Origin: Candidatus Latescibacterota bacterium
Lineage (GTDB): Bacteria > Latescibacterota > UBA2968
Assembly: GCA_965204375.1 (NCBI GenBank)
Contig: OZ241986.1
Span: 928,001-992,000 of the forward strand
DNA: 64,000 bases
Direction: 5' to 3'
A model generated the notes under the pieces. That model made no database searches. It worked only from the letters and a program-made list of their open reading frames with translations, and had not been told where the DNA came from. A program made the position numbers and the translations under genes. Positions 39,615 through 49,590 of this stretch are shown here, in pieces. The first letter of the stretch is position 1. The number at the start of each line of letters is the position of its first letter.

Positions 39615-41579
39615 CTATCTCTCTTCCTCCATTTCCAGTTGTAAATAATCGTACATAACGCCAAAATGAGGATAGTTCTGTCGTTGTCCGCGGTGTTGTT
39701 TCTGCGGGAGGAGGTCGAGCGTCAACACATTCTCTCCTGTACGCAACAGCGACGCATCAAATGTAATAAAGTGTTCACTGAAGCGCCCGTAGATGCCACT
39801 GCGGGGAAGCGCACTGTCATTCTCCAAACCGGTAATCTTATCCAGAGATTTGCCATTGAGGCCGATAGCGATTCCCCCATCGCGATTCACCGACGCCAGA
39901 GCGATTGTGAGGGTCGCACGCCCGGACATTGGCCTATCATCGCATTGAAATCGGACCTTCCAGGTAGGCAGTCGCCAGTTGCCCTCGCCAGTCCGATCAG
40001 CAGGCTGTATGCGGGGTTGCCATCCACCTTTCTCTTCCCAAATTGCCATATGTGCATAATTCCAGTCGCTTCGCGCTTTACTCTTGCCGATCGCGAAATC
40101 GACGTCCCCGGGAAAATCCTTCTGGTAATTGAACCATAGACCCCAGTGACGATGGTCATCTCCGCGTCGAAATTCAGCAGCGGTTCGGTCTGGTTTCCCG
40201 ACACGCCAGAGCAACTTGCCGAAGGAACGGGGTGACCACTGCAGACTGCCGAGTTTGACTTCGCCAGTTGTGTTGATCGTGACGTTATCTTTTCTAAATT
40301 CACCAATCATGTCAGGTGCAAACGCATAAAGCGTATATCTCCCTTTTCGAACAGCCGGTATTGCAAAGGAACCATCATTCGCCATTCTGGCACGGTAGAT
40401 GTAGTTCTCTGCGCCTTGCTGCTGCCAGTCCAGCCCTCGATATTCCCGGGGCCGCGCCAGAACGACCCATCCATTGCTGTGGTGTGTCAGACCCGTGTCT
40501 TTGAATCTTCCCGTAACCACAGTCCTGTTGATCGGGTACTCCGGATGTTCCAGCCAGCTATAGGGCCAGCGCTTTCGATGTTTTTCACCCTCGCGCTTTG
40601 CATCATCCCACAAATGCTGGGTATCTTCACCTTTGTTCATATAAACAAAAACCGGCCCGAAGATTTTCTCCCATTTACCGCTGACGTAATCCCCTCTGCT
40701 GCCGTAGTGGTGAGAATAAAGCAGCTTCAGGATGATCGGCCCCCGATCAGTCGCGTGGCTGGTATTGTGTTGCTTTGTCGGACCGCCGCAGAGGTATTCA
40801 TTGCTCGGCGTGACCATCCACACGCCCTGCTTTCCATTGTGCAAACCGTGTACAAGAGCCTCCTCAGTTGGAGATGACCAGTTATACTTTGTATCCATCT
40901 TTCCCGATTGAAGCGCATGTGTGGCATCCATCACCATGCCCTTTGCGCTGGATATTGCCTTGCTATCTGGAATTACACCAGAGAGTTTGTCATTGACCCT
41001 GATATTCACCATCGAATCATTTAAGCGCATCCCAAAACGGAGTTGTGTCAGCACTGCGTCGCCCGTATCCTCGGGTTTGCTGGCCACGACATAGTAATAG
41101 AATCCCGAATCACCCGCTCTCAAGACATAATGGCGTTCCATCTTGAACGGGAAACCTTTGGGTTGTTTGGGGGTGAATGAAATATCGACCATTTCCGTGT
41201 TATTGATGTGGACGTTAAACTCGGGGTTTTGGTCGCGCAAAAATTTTGCCCTTGCCCTCGACTCTTTACCCGCCATATAGTTTGTATCCGAATCATCGAC
41301 ATAACTGGCCAGGATGGTGAAATATCCAAACTGCCTGGGAGATAGGAGAGCGTCTCCCTGATGCGCCAGCGAGATAATCCGTCCAGACGACTTTTGGATT
41401 GTCATCGAAACGGAACTGTTCTCAAGGATGATTCTATTGCCAGATTCAACAAGCATCGAAACCTCGGCGAAAACAGGCGTGCTGATCATGCACTGGATGG
41501 ATAAAAGCAGACTACACGCCGTGAGTCTGCCAAACCCAATTTTTTTGAACATTTTGTGTCTTGCTATGAGGCGCTGCAT
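39615..41579 (-). CDS. Rhamnogalacturonan lyase (PL4)-like protein
   Basis: EYLCGGPTKQ, SHHYG, WEKIFGPVFVYMN, WPYSWL, LWRVGKPDRTAAEF, MYDYLQLE. Confidence 0.85.
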   Translation of the reverse strand: MQRLIARHKMFKKIGFGRLTACSLLLSIQCMISTPVFAEVSMLVESGNRIILENSSVSMTIQKSSGRIISLAHQGDALLSPRQFGYFTILASYVDDSDTNYMAGKESRARAKFLRDQNPEFNVHINNTEMVDISFTPKQPKGFPFKMERHYVLRAGDSGFYYYVVASKPEDTGDAVLTQLRFGMRLNDSMVNIRVNDKLSGVIPDSKAISSAKGMVMDATHALQSGKMDTKYNWSSPTEEALVHGLHNGKQGVWMVTPSNEYLCGGPTKQHNTSHATDRGPIILKLLYSHHYGSRGDYVSGKWEKIFGPVFVYMNKGEDTQHLWDDAKREGEKHRKRWPYSWLEHPEYPINRTVVTGRFKDTGLTHHSNGWVVLARPREYRGLDWQQQGAENYIYRARMANDGSFAIPAVRKGRYTLYAFAPDMIGEFRKDNVTINTTGEVKLGSLQWSPRSFGKLLWRVGKPDRTAAEFRRGDDHRHWGLWFNYQKDFPGDVDFAIGKSKARSDWNYAHMAIWEEKGGWQPRIQPADRTGEGNWRLPTWKVRFQCDDRPMSGRATLTIALASVNRDGGIAIGLNGKSLDKITGLENDSALPRSGIYGRFSEHFITFDASLLRTGENVLTLDLLPQKQHRGQRQNYPHFGVMYDYLQLEMEEER

Positions 41580-41706
41580 AACGAAATGTCTTGATTGAGA
41601 TTCATTTTTGTATGTACTATTATACCAGTAGTTCTACACTCACGTTGTCTTGCGCTACACCGATCAGGTAGCGCGGACTGAACTCAAAACAATGGGAAGA
41701 ATATAT

Positions 41707-43122
41707 ATGGCACAGGCACAAGGACGACCACACATACTCATTCTCACGGCGGACCAGCTACGGGCGGATTCCATGGGCTGTGCCGGTCATCCGCGGGTCA
41801 AAACGCCGGTCATCGACTCGCTTGCCAACGAGGGCATGCGGTTCAGCAATTGCCACACCGTGTCGCCGGTCTGTCAGCCAGCGCGCGTGTCGTTCATCAC
41901 TGGCACCTATCCCCACAACCACGGTATCTGGTACAACCGCGGCGAACTGCCGATCAACTATCCGACGCTGTTCTCCCAATTGCAGGACGCCGGCTATCAC
42001 ACGGCAACCGTGGGCAAGTCGCATCTCTGGAGCCACAAGAAGGTGTCTCATTTGCGCGAAGGCGAGCCGTATATGCAAGCGCTCGGTTTTGACGTCATCG
42101 ACGAACTCGGTGGACCGCGGGGGAGTCTCAACTCCGGTTCGTATTTCACCGACTATCTGCGCGAGAAGGGTTTGTACGAGCTCTTCGTCAGCGATACGCG
42201 CGAACGGGTTCGCGACCCAAAGATCGTCAGACCAGCGGCGTTTGAGGAGGACGATCACATGGACGGGTATGTGGGCAGGCGCTCGGTCGAGTTTGTCGAT
42301 TCTGCGCCCGGGGACTGCCCGACCTGTCTGTTCGTCAATTTCCCCGGGCCACATGATCCGTGGGACGCGCCCGGGAAGTACGCCACCATGTATGATCCGT
42401 CCGATTCGCCGCCCGCCATCGGCGTGCCACTACGCCCCGCCACGCTCCCCGACGAAGTCGCTCAGAAGGAGGATTTCAAGACGGAGCCTGGCTTGACCGC
42501 CGAAATCGCCGCCGCGATCCGGGCAAACTACGATGGCAAGATCACATTCGTCGATTACTGGTGCGGTGAGATCCTTGCGGCGTATGAACGACGCGGCTGG
42601 CTCGATGATCTCTGTGTCGTGTTCTGGTCCGATCACGGCGAAATGACCGGCGATCACGGCAGGGTGTTCAAACGCACCTTTCACGAATCTGCGTTGCGGG
42701 TCCCCCTGATCCTGCGCTGGCCCGGACGGATACCGTCCGGTACTGTCTGCGACGCACTGGTGGAAACCATCGATGTCGGCCCTGCCTTGCTGGAAGCCCT
42801 GGGGCTCGACCAGTTGCAGATGTCCCTTGGGCAGTCGCTGGGGCATTTGTTCGCGGAACCGACCGCACACCACCGCACCGAGGTGCTATCAGAGATCTTC
42901 TACGGTGGTTCGCGCAATACGATGGTGAAAAACGAACGCTACAAGTACGTCATAGATCAGCACGGCATGGGGTACATGCTGTACGACATACAGCAGGATC
43001 CGGATGAGCAGCACAATCTGATCGGCGATCCCGAGCATCGGGATACGGAGAACGAGATGCGGGACACGCTGCTTCGCCGCCTCGCGGCCAGCGCGTTTGT
43101 CATGGACAGCGTGAACTTGTGA
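41707..43122 (+). CDS. Sulfatase
   Basis: PHILILTADQLR, CQPARVS, GKSH, GPHDP, SDHGE. Confidence 0.93.
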   Translation: MAQAQGRPHILILTADQLRADSMGCAGHPRVKTPVIDSLANEGMRFSNCHTVSPVCQPARVSFITGTYPHNHGIWYNRGELPINYPTLFSQLQDAGYHTATVGKSHLWSHKKVSHLREGEPYMQALGFDVIDELGGPRGSLNSGSYFTDYLREKGLYELFVSDTRERVRDPKIVRPAAFEEDDHMDGYVGRRSVEFVDSAPGDCPTCLFVNFPGPHDPWDAPGKYATMYDPSDSPPAIGVPLRPATLPDEVAQKEDFKTEPGLTAEIAAAIRANYDGKITFVDYWCGEILAAYERRGWLDDLCVVFWSDHGEMTGDHGRVFKRTFHESALRVPLILRWPGRIPSGTVCDALVETIDVGPALLEALGLDQLQMSLGQSLGHLFAEPTAHHRTEVLSEIFYGGSRNTMVKNERYKYVIDQHGMGYMLYDIQQDPDEQHNLIGDPEHRDTENEMRDTLLRRLAASAFVMDSVNL

Positions 43123-43130
43123 AAACAGCC

Positions 43131-44057
43131 TCACATCGCAACGACTCTCTGATCAGAAGTACGCGTTTCGCTATTTTCATCCCCAAAAGCCGCGTTGTCT
43201 TCGTCATAATACCTGTTGTATCGTATGTTATTCCCTCCGCTTACCCACACGGCGCGAAACAGTGTTTGCCGTTTTGGCGGCATTGTAGCAATCACTTCTT
43301 TGGGTACGCTGCGACCTCCCCATCTGCTGTTTACGGCATTGTAGAGGTGAAACAAGCTCAACCGCTGGCGATTCTCATTTGTCCACCGAGTACCGGTATG
43401 GCATAGTGCTTCTGTGAAGATCAGCGCAGAACCTGCAGGGCACGTATATGTGTCCCAAATTTCGCTCTCACGGTTGCTCAATGACTCAGGTCGTTGAAAT
43501 GCTGCCTTGTGGCTGCCAGAAGCCAGCATGGTGCCCCCGTCACCCGGCTTGATCTCATTTAATTCCCAAACCACGCGTGTCAATCCCGAATGCACCTTGC
43601 CTGGAAGCATCTGATAGATGTGTGAATTTCCAATAAGATTGAAATAGCCGCTGCCACCGTGAGGCTTGAATTGATCGTATCCCGCCTCGCGATAGTCAGT
43701 GCGTGTGCGCTCAAATGTAAACCCATAACAGTCCTCGGTTGCCAACTGTTGACTTGAAACAATCTCATTCAAAATTCCGACAATCACGGGATGATCCAGC
43801 AGCACTTGAGAAGGCCCTCCCACCGGATTTCGTTCTTCTGGCGGAAGCGACTCAGGCTCCTTAACGAGCTTCATCTGGTGTTCGTGGATCTCTGCCAACT
43901 GATCGCCCTCAACCAATCCCGGTAGGCAAATCCAGCCCTTCATATCAAACAGGTACTTGTGCTCTTCGGCCATGGGAACGACCGGGAGTCCATCGGCATT
44001 GGTGGTCGGTAACATTTTGCCCACATCAGATTCCAGGTTTGGACGTCCTCGATTCAT
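43131..44057 (-). CDS. PhyH-family Fe/2OG dioxygenase
   Basis: YLFDMKGW, GGTMLASGSHK, GSALIFTEALCHTG. AAGGAG RBS before ATG 44057. Confidence 0.85.
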   Translation of the reverse strand: MNRGRPNLESDVGKMLPTTNADGLPVVPMAEEHKYLFDMKGWICLPGLVEGDQLAEIHEHQMKLVKEPESLPPEERNPVGGPSQVLLDHPVIVGILNEIVSSQQLATEDCYGFTFERTRTDYREAGYDQFKPHGGSGYFNLIGNSHIYQMLPGKVHSGLTRVVWELNEIKPGDGGTMLASGSHKAAFQRPESLSNRESEIWDTYTCPAGSALIFTEALCHTGTRWTNENRQRLSLFHLYNAVNSRWGGRSVPKEVIATMPPKRQTLFRAVWVSGGNNIRYNRYYDEDNAAFGDENSETRTSDQRVVAM

Positions 44058-44186
44058 TGCGTCTAACTCCTTTCTGTCATTGCGGTTCTCCTTCAGTTTG
44101 TTGGGATAAGGCATGTTAATACCACAATCGCTTGCTGGCAATTCAATTTGGCTAAACGCAGTATGAGCATGAGGATGATGTCCATT

Positions 44187-45305
44187 CTATGGCGTATCGA
44201 CCCACCAGTGAATGAGGTTGGTCAGGCTCAGTTCATACGCGTGCGATGATTGTATCAGCAGGCGGTTTTGCCTGTTGGGATTGTGTGAACCAACCGCGAT
44301 GCTGTTCGAATATGCGCCTGTCCCCGCCTCGCGCATCCTTAAAATGGTGCCATCATCCCAGTTAAGACCATCTTTTGAAGAATACAGAACAAAGTGACCT
44401 TTGTCCTTCTTCTCGCCCTGCAAATGTCCACTGCGTCCGGACATGAAATAACTGCCGTTTAGCACGGCCATCTGAGGATTCCGGATCTTCTTTTTAAAGT
44501 GTGCGATCTTCGGTTCGGACCAGGTGAGACCATCGTTGTCGCTTATCACATAGTCCATCGTGTCCTCAGCGTTCTTGTTGTATATGTATGTAATGATGCT
44601 TCCCGAAGCGAACTTCTCCATAGTGCCATACGATTTCCCGGTGGTGTCGAAGGGAAGCTCACTGCGCAGCTCGAATGTCCGACCGCTGTCTTTGCTCACG
44701 TACAACTGATACACGTGTTCGTCCTTGTTGCCCAGGAAGTTGATCTCATTGTCGTTCTTGAAGTGAAGCGCGAGTATCTCTCCGTTGTAATACCGCGCAT
44801 CGTAAAGCCTTCCCCGGTTGTCGCACAGTTCATACGGCTCACTCCAGGTGTGTCCTCCATCTTCACTGATGATATAGGTCGGGATCTGAAAACGCCTCCA
44901 AATGGCATCGTTTGTGATGTTACACACGAGGAAGAAGAGGACGATGTCGCCGTTGTCTGTCAGTACTGCTTTCTCGCCGAAGGCAGAAAATTTCTCGGTG
45001 TTGGGGCCACCTTCTTGCCCCTCGTCGAACAGGTTTTTTGAATAGTCGAGCACGATTGGCTCGCTCCAGGTTTCGCCGTAGTCGGTAGAACGCTTGTATT
45101 CCATCCATCCCACGGCCGAGTGACCTTTGTTGTCTTCGTTGCAGTTGGGATAAAAGGCGAGGATCTTCCCGTCTTCATACTCGACGAGTGCGTGTCCAAG
45201 ATTTCCACCTCTTTTTGCCGGAGAGTGATCGACGAAGAGAATCCCATCGTTCGGTGGATTTTTGGGTGTGATCTCATAATCTGCTTTGTTTGAGTTCACG
45301 TCCAT
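44187..45305 (-). CDS. BNR/Asp-box sialidase-like beta-propeller
   Basis: STDYGETW, SEDGGHTW, SKDSGRTF, SDNDGLTW, SKDGLNW. Confidence 0.9.
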   Translation of the reverse strand: MDVNSNKADYEITPKNPPNDGILFVDHSPAKRGGNLGHALVEYEDGKILAFYPNCNEDNKGHSAVGWMEYKRSTDYGETWSEPIVLDYSKNLFDEGQEGGPNTEKFSAFGEKAVLTDNGDIVLFFLVCNITNDAIWRRFQIPTYIISEDGGHTWSEPYELCDNRGRLYDARYYNGEILALHFKNDNEINFLGNKDEHVYQLYVSKDSGRTFELRSELPFDTTGKSYGTMEKFASGSIITYIYNKNAEDTMDYVISDNDGLTWSEPKIAHFKKKIRNPQMAVLNGSYFMSGRSGHLQGEKKDKGHFVLYSSKDGLNWDDGTILRMREAGTGAYSNSIAVGSHNPNRQNRLLIQSSHAYELSLTNLIHWWVDTP

Positions 45306-45325
45306 AAGTGTCTCTCTGGGTGAAT

Positions 45326-46057
45326 TTAAGTGCCTTTGTAGATATTGGAAGAGTACATTTCAAAGCCTTCGGGGCCGGGGTAGCCATCGAAGAGTTTGCA
45401 TTCGGGCACATTGCCAACTGCGCCATTTTTGAGCCAGTCGATGAATATGGGGTCGGCATTGCGGTGTGCGAGTTCGGCGAGGCCCGACGCATGAAGGTCT
45501 TGAACGCGATCGGGATTTTGAGAAGCGATATTGTCCAAAGAGCCGTAGGGGGTGAGGATGCTGTCTTCGGGATTTGGGTGCCATTCGAGATAGCCTTCAC
45601 GATCGAAGACTGTAAAGTAACCGCGTTGAAGATGTCGCATCATTTTGCCGCGAGCCACGCCTGATAGGGCGATTTCGCGGTGGCCCATGCTGTTATTGCG
45701 CGCAGCGTTGAGGATGTCGTAACTTTCGATATTGTCGGGAATAGGCGCGCCTGATAGGTTGGCGATGGTGGCGAAGAAGTCCTGAGGTTGAAAGATCGCA
45801 GAACTGCGACCTGTGTCGCCTTCGGGTGTTTTGATGAAAAGTGGGATGTGGATTTCCTGTTCGCGAACGGGTGCGCCTTTGCCGATCATGACGTCGGTGC
45901 GATAGGGGATGGTGGGAAAGCTCGCTGCGAAGGCACGGTCGAAACACCAGGATTGTGAGGATAGGCGGTCGAGGTTGGGTGTTTCGATCCAGTCATTGCC
46001 GTTGGCGCCGATATAGTCGTAGCGCATGGTGTCGATGATTAAGAGAATGATGTTCAT
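45326..46057 (-). pseudogene. Sulfatase-superfamily gene with a large in-frame internal deletion
   Basis: NIILLIIDTMRYD...TPNLDRL...FPTIPYRTD joined directly to GKGAPVREQEIHIPL. Only 243 aa; the central domain and SDHG motif are absent. Confidence 0.75.
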
Positions 46058-48273
46058 TGTAAATCTCTACCGGTATCAAATGCCCATCCGTCCCACATGT
46101 TGTCAACGGTCGCTGGCACATCCTCTCGGAAGTTTCGGGTATCGACCCACCACTGGCGGTTTGGTGCTGGTCCGTGCGATAGGTTAAAAAATGGCGTCAA
46201 ACCATCTCGTTGATACTCACAGGGAACGACGAGACGCACGACAGGTCGATCGCGCTCAGCAGAGCGATTGACACCTCCCCCGTGAATAAGGCGAGGGTGC
46301 CAGAAAACAACGTCTCCTGCTTTGCCGGAAAACTCCACTGGCGTGATTTCTCTCAGCGCATTGTCACGGGCTTTGCTATATGGCTCTGCGAGGTCGGGAT
46401 CAAGGGGACCGTAAACAGTACTGTGATACAGGTGACTCATGTAATGTGACCCCGGCCAGATTGTAAAGCCACCAGAGTGCGGAGGCACCGTATCTACAAA
46501 GACCATAGCAGACAATTGAGCCGCTGTATGGTCTCCATGGGGCGCCAAACGACTTTCTGAATTTGGCGGTTTTGGAAATATACAATAGACCCCGCGCACC
46601 CGGTTTGAACGCTTAACCGGCTCGCCGATAAACAATGAAACCAACTGCCGCATACGTGGGTGGTTGGCGATCTTATCGACAAAAAAAGGCTCTGTACCAA
46701 TTTTACGCGAGCGCATCTTCCAGGTACCGCGCGAAAACTGCCCTGCGTTTTCGGCATCCGCCTCTGTCCACTGCCCGTGTGGCGCATCGAACCACGTTTG
46801 CACATCGTCGCGCTTGACAATCTCACGCGGTACATTTTCCCACACGTAATCCACGATCCGGTCAAACGTCTCCTTCTCTTGCAGAAACCCGCGTTTCACA
46901 ATAAAACCATTCTCTTTAAAAAACGCGACTTCGGCTTCACTGAGGGTGGGATCTCCGTTTATAAATTCTGGATCGGGCAAGAGGGTTGGGTCTCCGTTCG
47001 CAAATTCTGGACCGACCAATACATGGGGCTCACGGATGACGACATCTTCGGAAATTCTGAGCGCGTGTAAACCGCTTCCTTCAAATGGCGGCACCAAAAG
47101 ATTGTAGAATTGTTGCGCTTTCTCCTTCTGATTCATACCTGCCAATTCGGCTTTCACAGGCTCAATATCCATATCTAAATAAAGGTAAGCGCCGAGCCTC
47201 ATACATCTAAATGCAGGCTCCCATGAAAAGGGTTGAATCTGTGGAAGCGTCCACTCGTGATCGCCCGTCCAGTAGGGATAAAGCCAATCAAAGGCGCGTC
47301 GCATGGATCGCCCATCGGTAGATTCAAAATTGGCGAGATCAATACCCCACTGTCGGCCAATTTCAGCGAGTTCTAAAAGAAGCTCCAAATTCATACTCGC
47401 GTATCCAAGTGCCTTTGTGCGTGCGAGTTCCAGAGGCTGTTGACCATCTGGCTCAATCTGATCGGCAATCCTTCTTTCTCCCACTCCTTTTAATATCATT
47501 CGCGCAAGATCTGATTGCCCTGCAAAAAGCGCGAATGTCACAACCTGAACATCATAAGCACTCGAATGGTTATTGCCATGACGCGCTTCGTCAACTCCAT
47601 AAGGATGCTTCAACATCCATTCGAGAAACGCATGAAACCAGGCCTGCAAATCTTCCATATCTTTTTGGGACCAGTTTTTAGAGTCGCGCAAAAAACTGAC
47701 CGCGGGGAGCATCTCGCGTGCAAATGCAGCCGTCTCAATAAGCCCGATACCTCGCCCTTCGCATATCCCGGGTATGGCCTGCCCAAACAAAAGGTTTGGG
47801 TTCATTCTGGTTTCGGGATTCATAAACCATGTTCGCAACAACAATGCAGCATGAGTTGCGTAGTCTTCTCGATGTGTAAAACCATACGCAAACCCCAGCG
47901 TTTTCACCGTTGAAATGAATTTTGCCAACAAAGGGCGGTCCGTTTTCTCGACCTCGGGATTGACCTCGCCATCTCGTCGGATATAAGGCAAACCGTCAGG
48001 CTTATCGGGGTCTGGCCACCAGTAAGGCCCAACACTCATGTAATCGTGTTTGTCACCACTGGAAGGCAAGATCGGTTTGTTCACAATGGTCAGCGGTTCC
48101 TGCTTCAAAGCGGCATCCGCTTTCACAAGCAAGGCTTTAAGGGCTTGCCCACACGGGTTATCTTCCTGTTTGCTCAACGAGCGTGCCCGCTTGATGTAAT
48201 CGGGATCTACTGTAAATATGGGTTCAGCAGGTGAAAACGCCTTGAGCAGATCAGCTTCTTTGTCCGGATACAT
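46054..48273 (-). CDS. Alginate-lyase-domain / PhyH dioxygenase fusion
   Basis: N: SGDKHDYMSVGPYWWPDP, RDGEVNPE, NNH, DGQQPLELART. C: FFKENGFIVKR, HGD, WPGSH, GDVVFWHPRLIHGG. Confidence 0.85.
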   Translation of the reverse strand: MYPDKEADLLKAFSPAEPIFTVDPDYIKRARSLSKQEDNPCGQALKALLVKADAALKQEPLTIVNKPILPSSGDKHDYMSVGPYWWPDPDKPDGLPYIRRDGEVNPEVEKTDRPLLAKFISTVKTLGFAYGFTHREDYATHAALLLRTWFMNPETRMNPNLLFGQAIPGICEGRGIGLIETAAFAREMLPAVSFLRDSKNWSQKDMEDLQAWFHAFLEWMLKHPYGVDEARHGNNHSSAYDVQVVTFALFAGQSDLARMILKGVGERRIADQIEPDGQQPLELARTKALGYASMNLELLLELAEIGRQWGIDLANFESTDGRSMRRAFDWLYPYWTGDHEWTLPQIQPFSWEPAFRCMRLGAYLYLDMDIEPVKAELAGMNQKEKAQQFYNLLVPPFEGSGLHALRISEDVVIREPHVLVGPEFANGDPTLLPDPEFINGDPTLSEAEVAFFKENGFIVKRGFLQEKETFDRIVDYVWENVPREIVKRDDVQTWFDAPHGQWTEADAENAGQFSRGTWKMRSRKIGTEPFFVDKIANHPRMRQLVSLFIGEPVKRSNRVRGVYCIFPKPPNSESRLAPHGDHTAAQLSAMVFVDTVPPHSGGFTIWPGSHYMSHLYHSTVYGPLDPDLAEPYSKARDNALREITPVEFSGKAGDVVFWHPRLIHGGGVNRSAERDRPVVRLVVPCEYQRDGLTPFFNLSHGPAPNRQWWVDTRNFREDVPATVDNMWDGWAFDTGRDLQ

Positions 48274-48317
48274 GTGAATGCTCCTGTTTCGAGTTGGTCA
48301 TGGTATCGTCTGTGATG

Positions 48318-48371
48318 TTACAAGTGATCGGTTAATATGAATACAATATTGGGCTGCTTTGTACTGGCCAC
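48318..48371 (-). pseudogene. 17-codon sulfatase 5' stub
   Basis: AGGAGG RBS, GTG, MASTKQPNIVFILTDHL*; homologous to the start of 21449..22798 (MANKEKPNIVFILTDQW). Confidence 0.75.
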
Positions 48372-48537
48372 AAAGACCTCCTTTGATTACTGGCTGAGGC
48401 ACACCCGTTGTCGAGTGGCGATTTCCTTCACCATCGACAGTGGGCGAGATGTAAAATCATCTTTGAACAGTTTCTAAACTTTGTTAAGTTTTTGTTATGA
48501 TCTTGCCCTGTTCCCAACCCTATTGAGGCTTAAGTCT

Positions 48538-49590
48538 ATGGCTGATCCCGAAATTCTGGTGCTGGGCGGTCCCGAGCGCGATCTCTATCTGGCCCCGGCC
48601 GATCTGGAGCGCCTGGATAGCTTTGCGAATTGGACGTGGCTCCCCTGTGAAGCGGGCCAGGTCCAGCCCGGTCACCAGGCCGAATTGTCGCGACGGCTGG
48701 CGTCCGTCCAGGCCCTGATCGTCTATTCGGGGGCGCCCTACATCGGCCCCGAATTCATGGAACAAGCCCCCGAGCTACGCCTCATCGGCGAATTGAACGG
48801 CGATCGTTTCGCCGAGCGCATCGACGTGGAGGCGGCCTGGCAACGAGATATCCGCGTTGTCGATACCACCAATGGCTCGTCCTACCCTGTCTCTGAGTGG
48901 GCCCTGGGCCTTATTCTCGTATCGTTGCGCAACGCCGGTTATTATCTGCGCCGCTACCTGGAGGGAAATTGCCGCAAAACCCGCGACAACCCCAGCTTCC
49001 TGCGCGGCGAACTCACCGGCAAGACCGTGGGTCTGATCGGCTGCGGCCATGCTGGCCGTCGCCTAATAGAATTGCTGCGCCCTTTCCGGGTCGCCATCCA
49101 GGTTTACGACCCCTACCTGCCTGGAACCATGGCCGAAGCCCTGGGCTTTTTCCTGACCTCACTCGAACAGGTCCTGTCGAGTTCCGATGCGATTGTCTGT
49201 CTGGCCCCGCTGACCCCCGGGACCCAGGGCATGATCGGTCGGGTCGAACTGGATCTGATCCCCTCGGGGACTGTACTGGTCAATGTCTCCCGCGGTCCTA
49301 TCATCGATTCGGTCGCTCTGGTGGAACGCCTCAAGCGCGGCGATATTATCGCCGGCCTCGATGTTTTCGATCCCGATCCTATCCCCGACGGCCACGAAAT
49401 AACCGGGCTGGACAATGTATTCCTTACGCCCCATATCGCCGGCGTCACCCGGGCCGCCTACTGGCGCTTTTTCGAGCTGATGGTAGATGAGTTGGACCGC
49501 TTTTTTCACGGCTTTGAGCCCTATTTCGAATTGACCCAGCGCACCCTGGATGACCGCAGTGGCCGGCCCCCCGCCACTCATTTGTTCTGA
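48538..49590 (+). CDS. D-isomer-specific 2-hydroxyacid dehydrogenase
   Basis: GKTVGLIGCG, LVNVSRG, AGLDVF, LTPHIAG. Confidence 0.93.
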   Translation: MADPEILVLGGPERDLYLAPADLERLDSFANWTWLPCEAGQVQPGHQAELSRRLASVQALIVYSGAPYIGPEFMEQAPELRLIGELNGDRFAERIDVEAAWQRDIRVVDTTNGSSYPVSEWALGLILVSLRNAGYYLRRYLEGNCRKTRDNPSFLRGELTGKTVGLIGCGHAGRRLIELLRPFRVAIQVYDPYLPGTMAEALGFFLTSLEQVLSSSDAIVCLAPLTPGTQGMIGRVELDLIPSGTVLVNVSRGPIIDSVALVERLKRGDIIAGLDVFDPDPIPDGHEITGLDNVFLTPHIAGVTRAAYWRFFELMVDELDRFFHGFEPYFELTQRTLDDRSGRPPATHLF

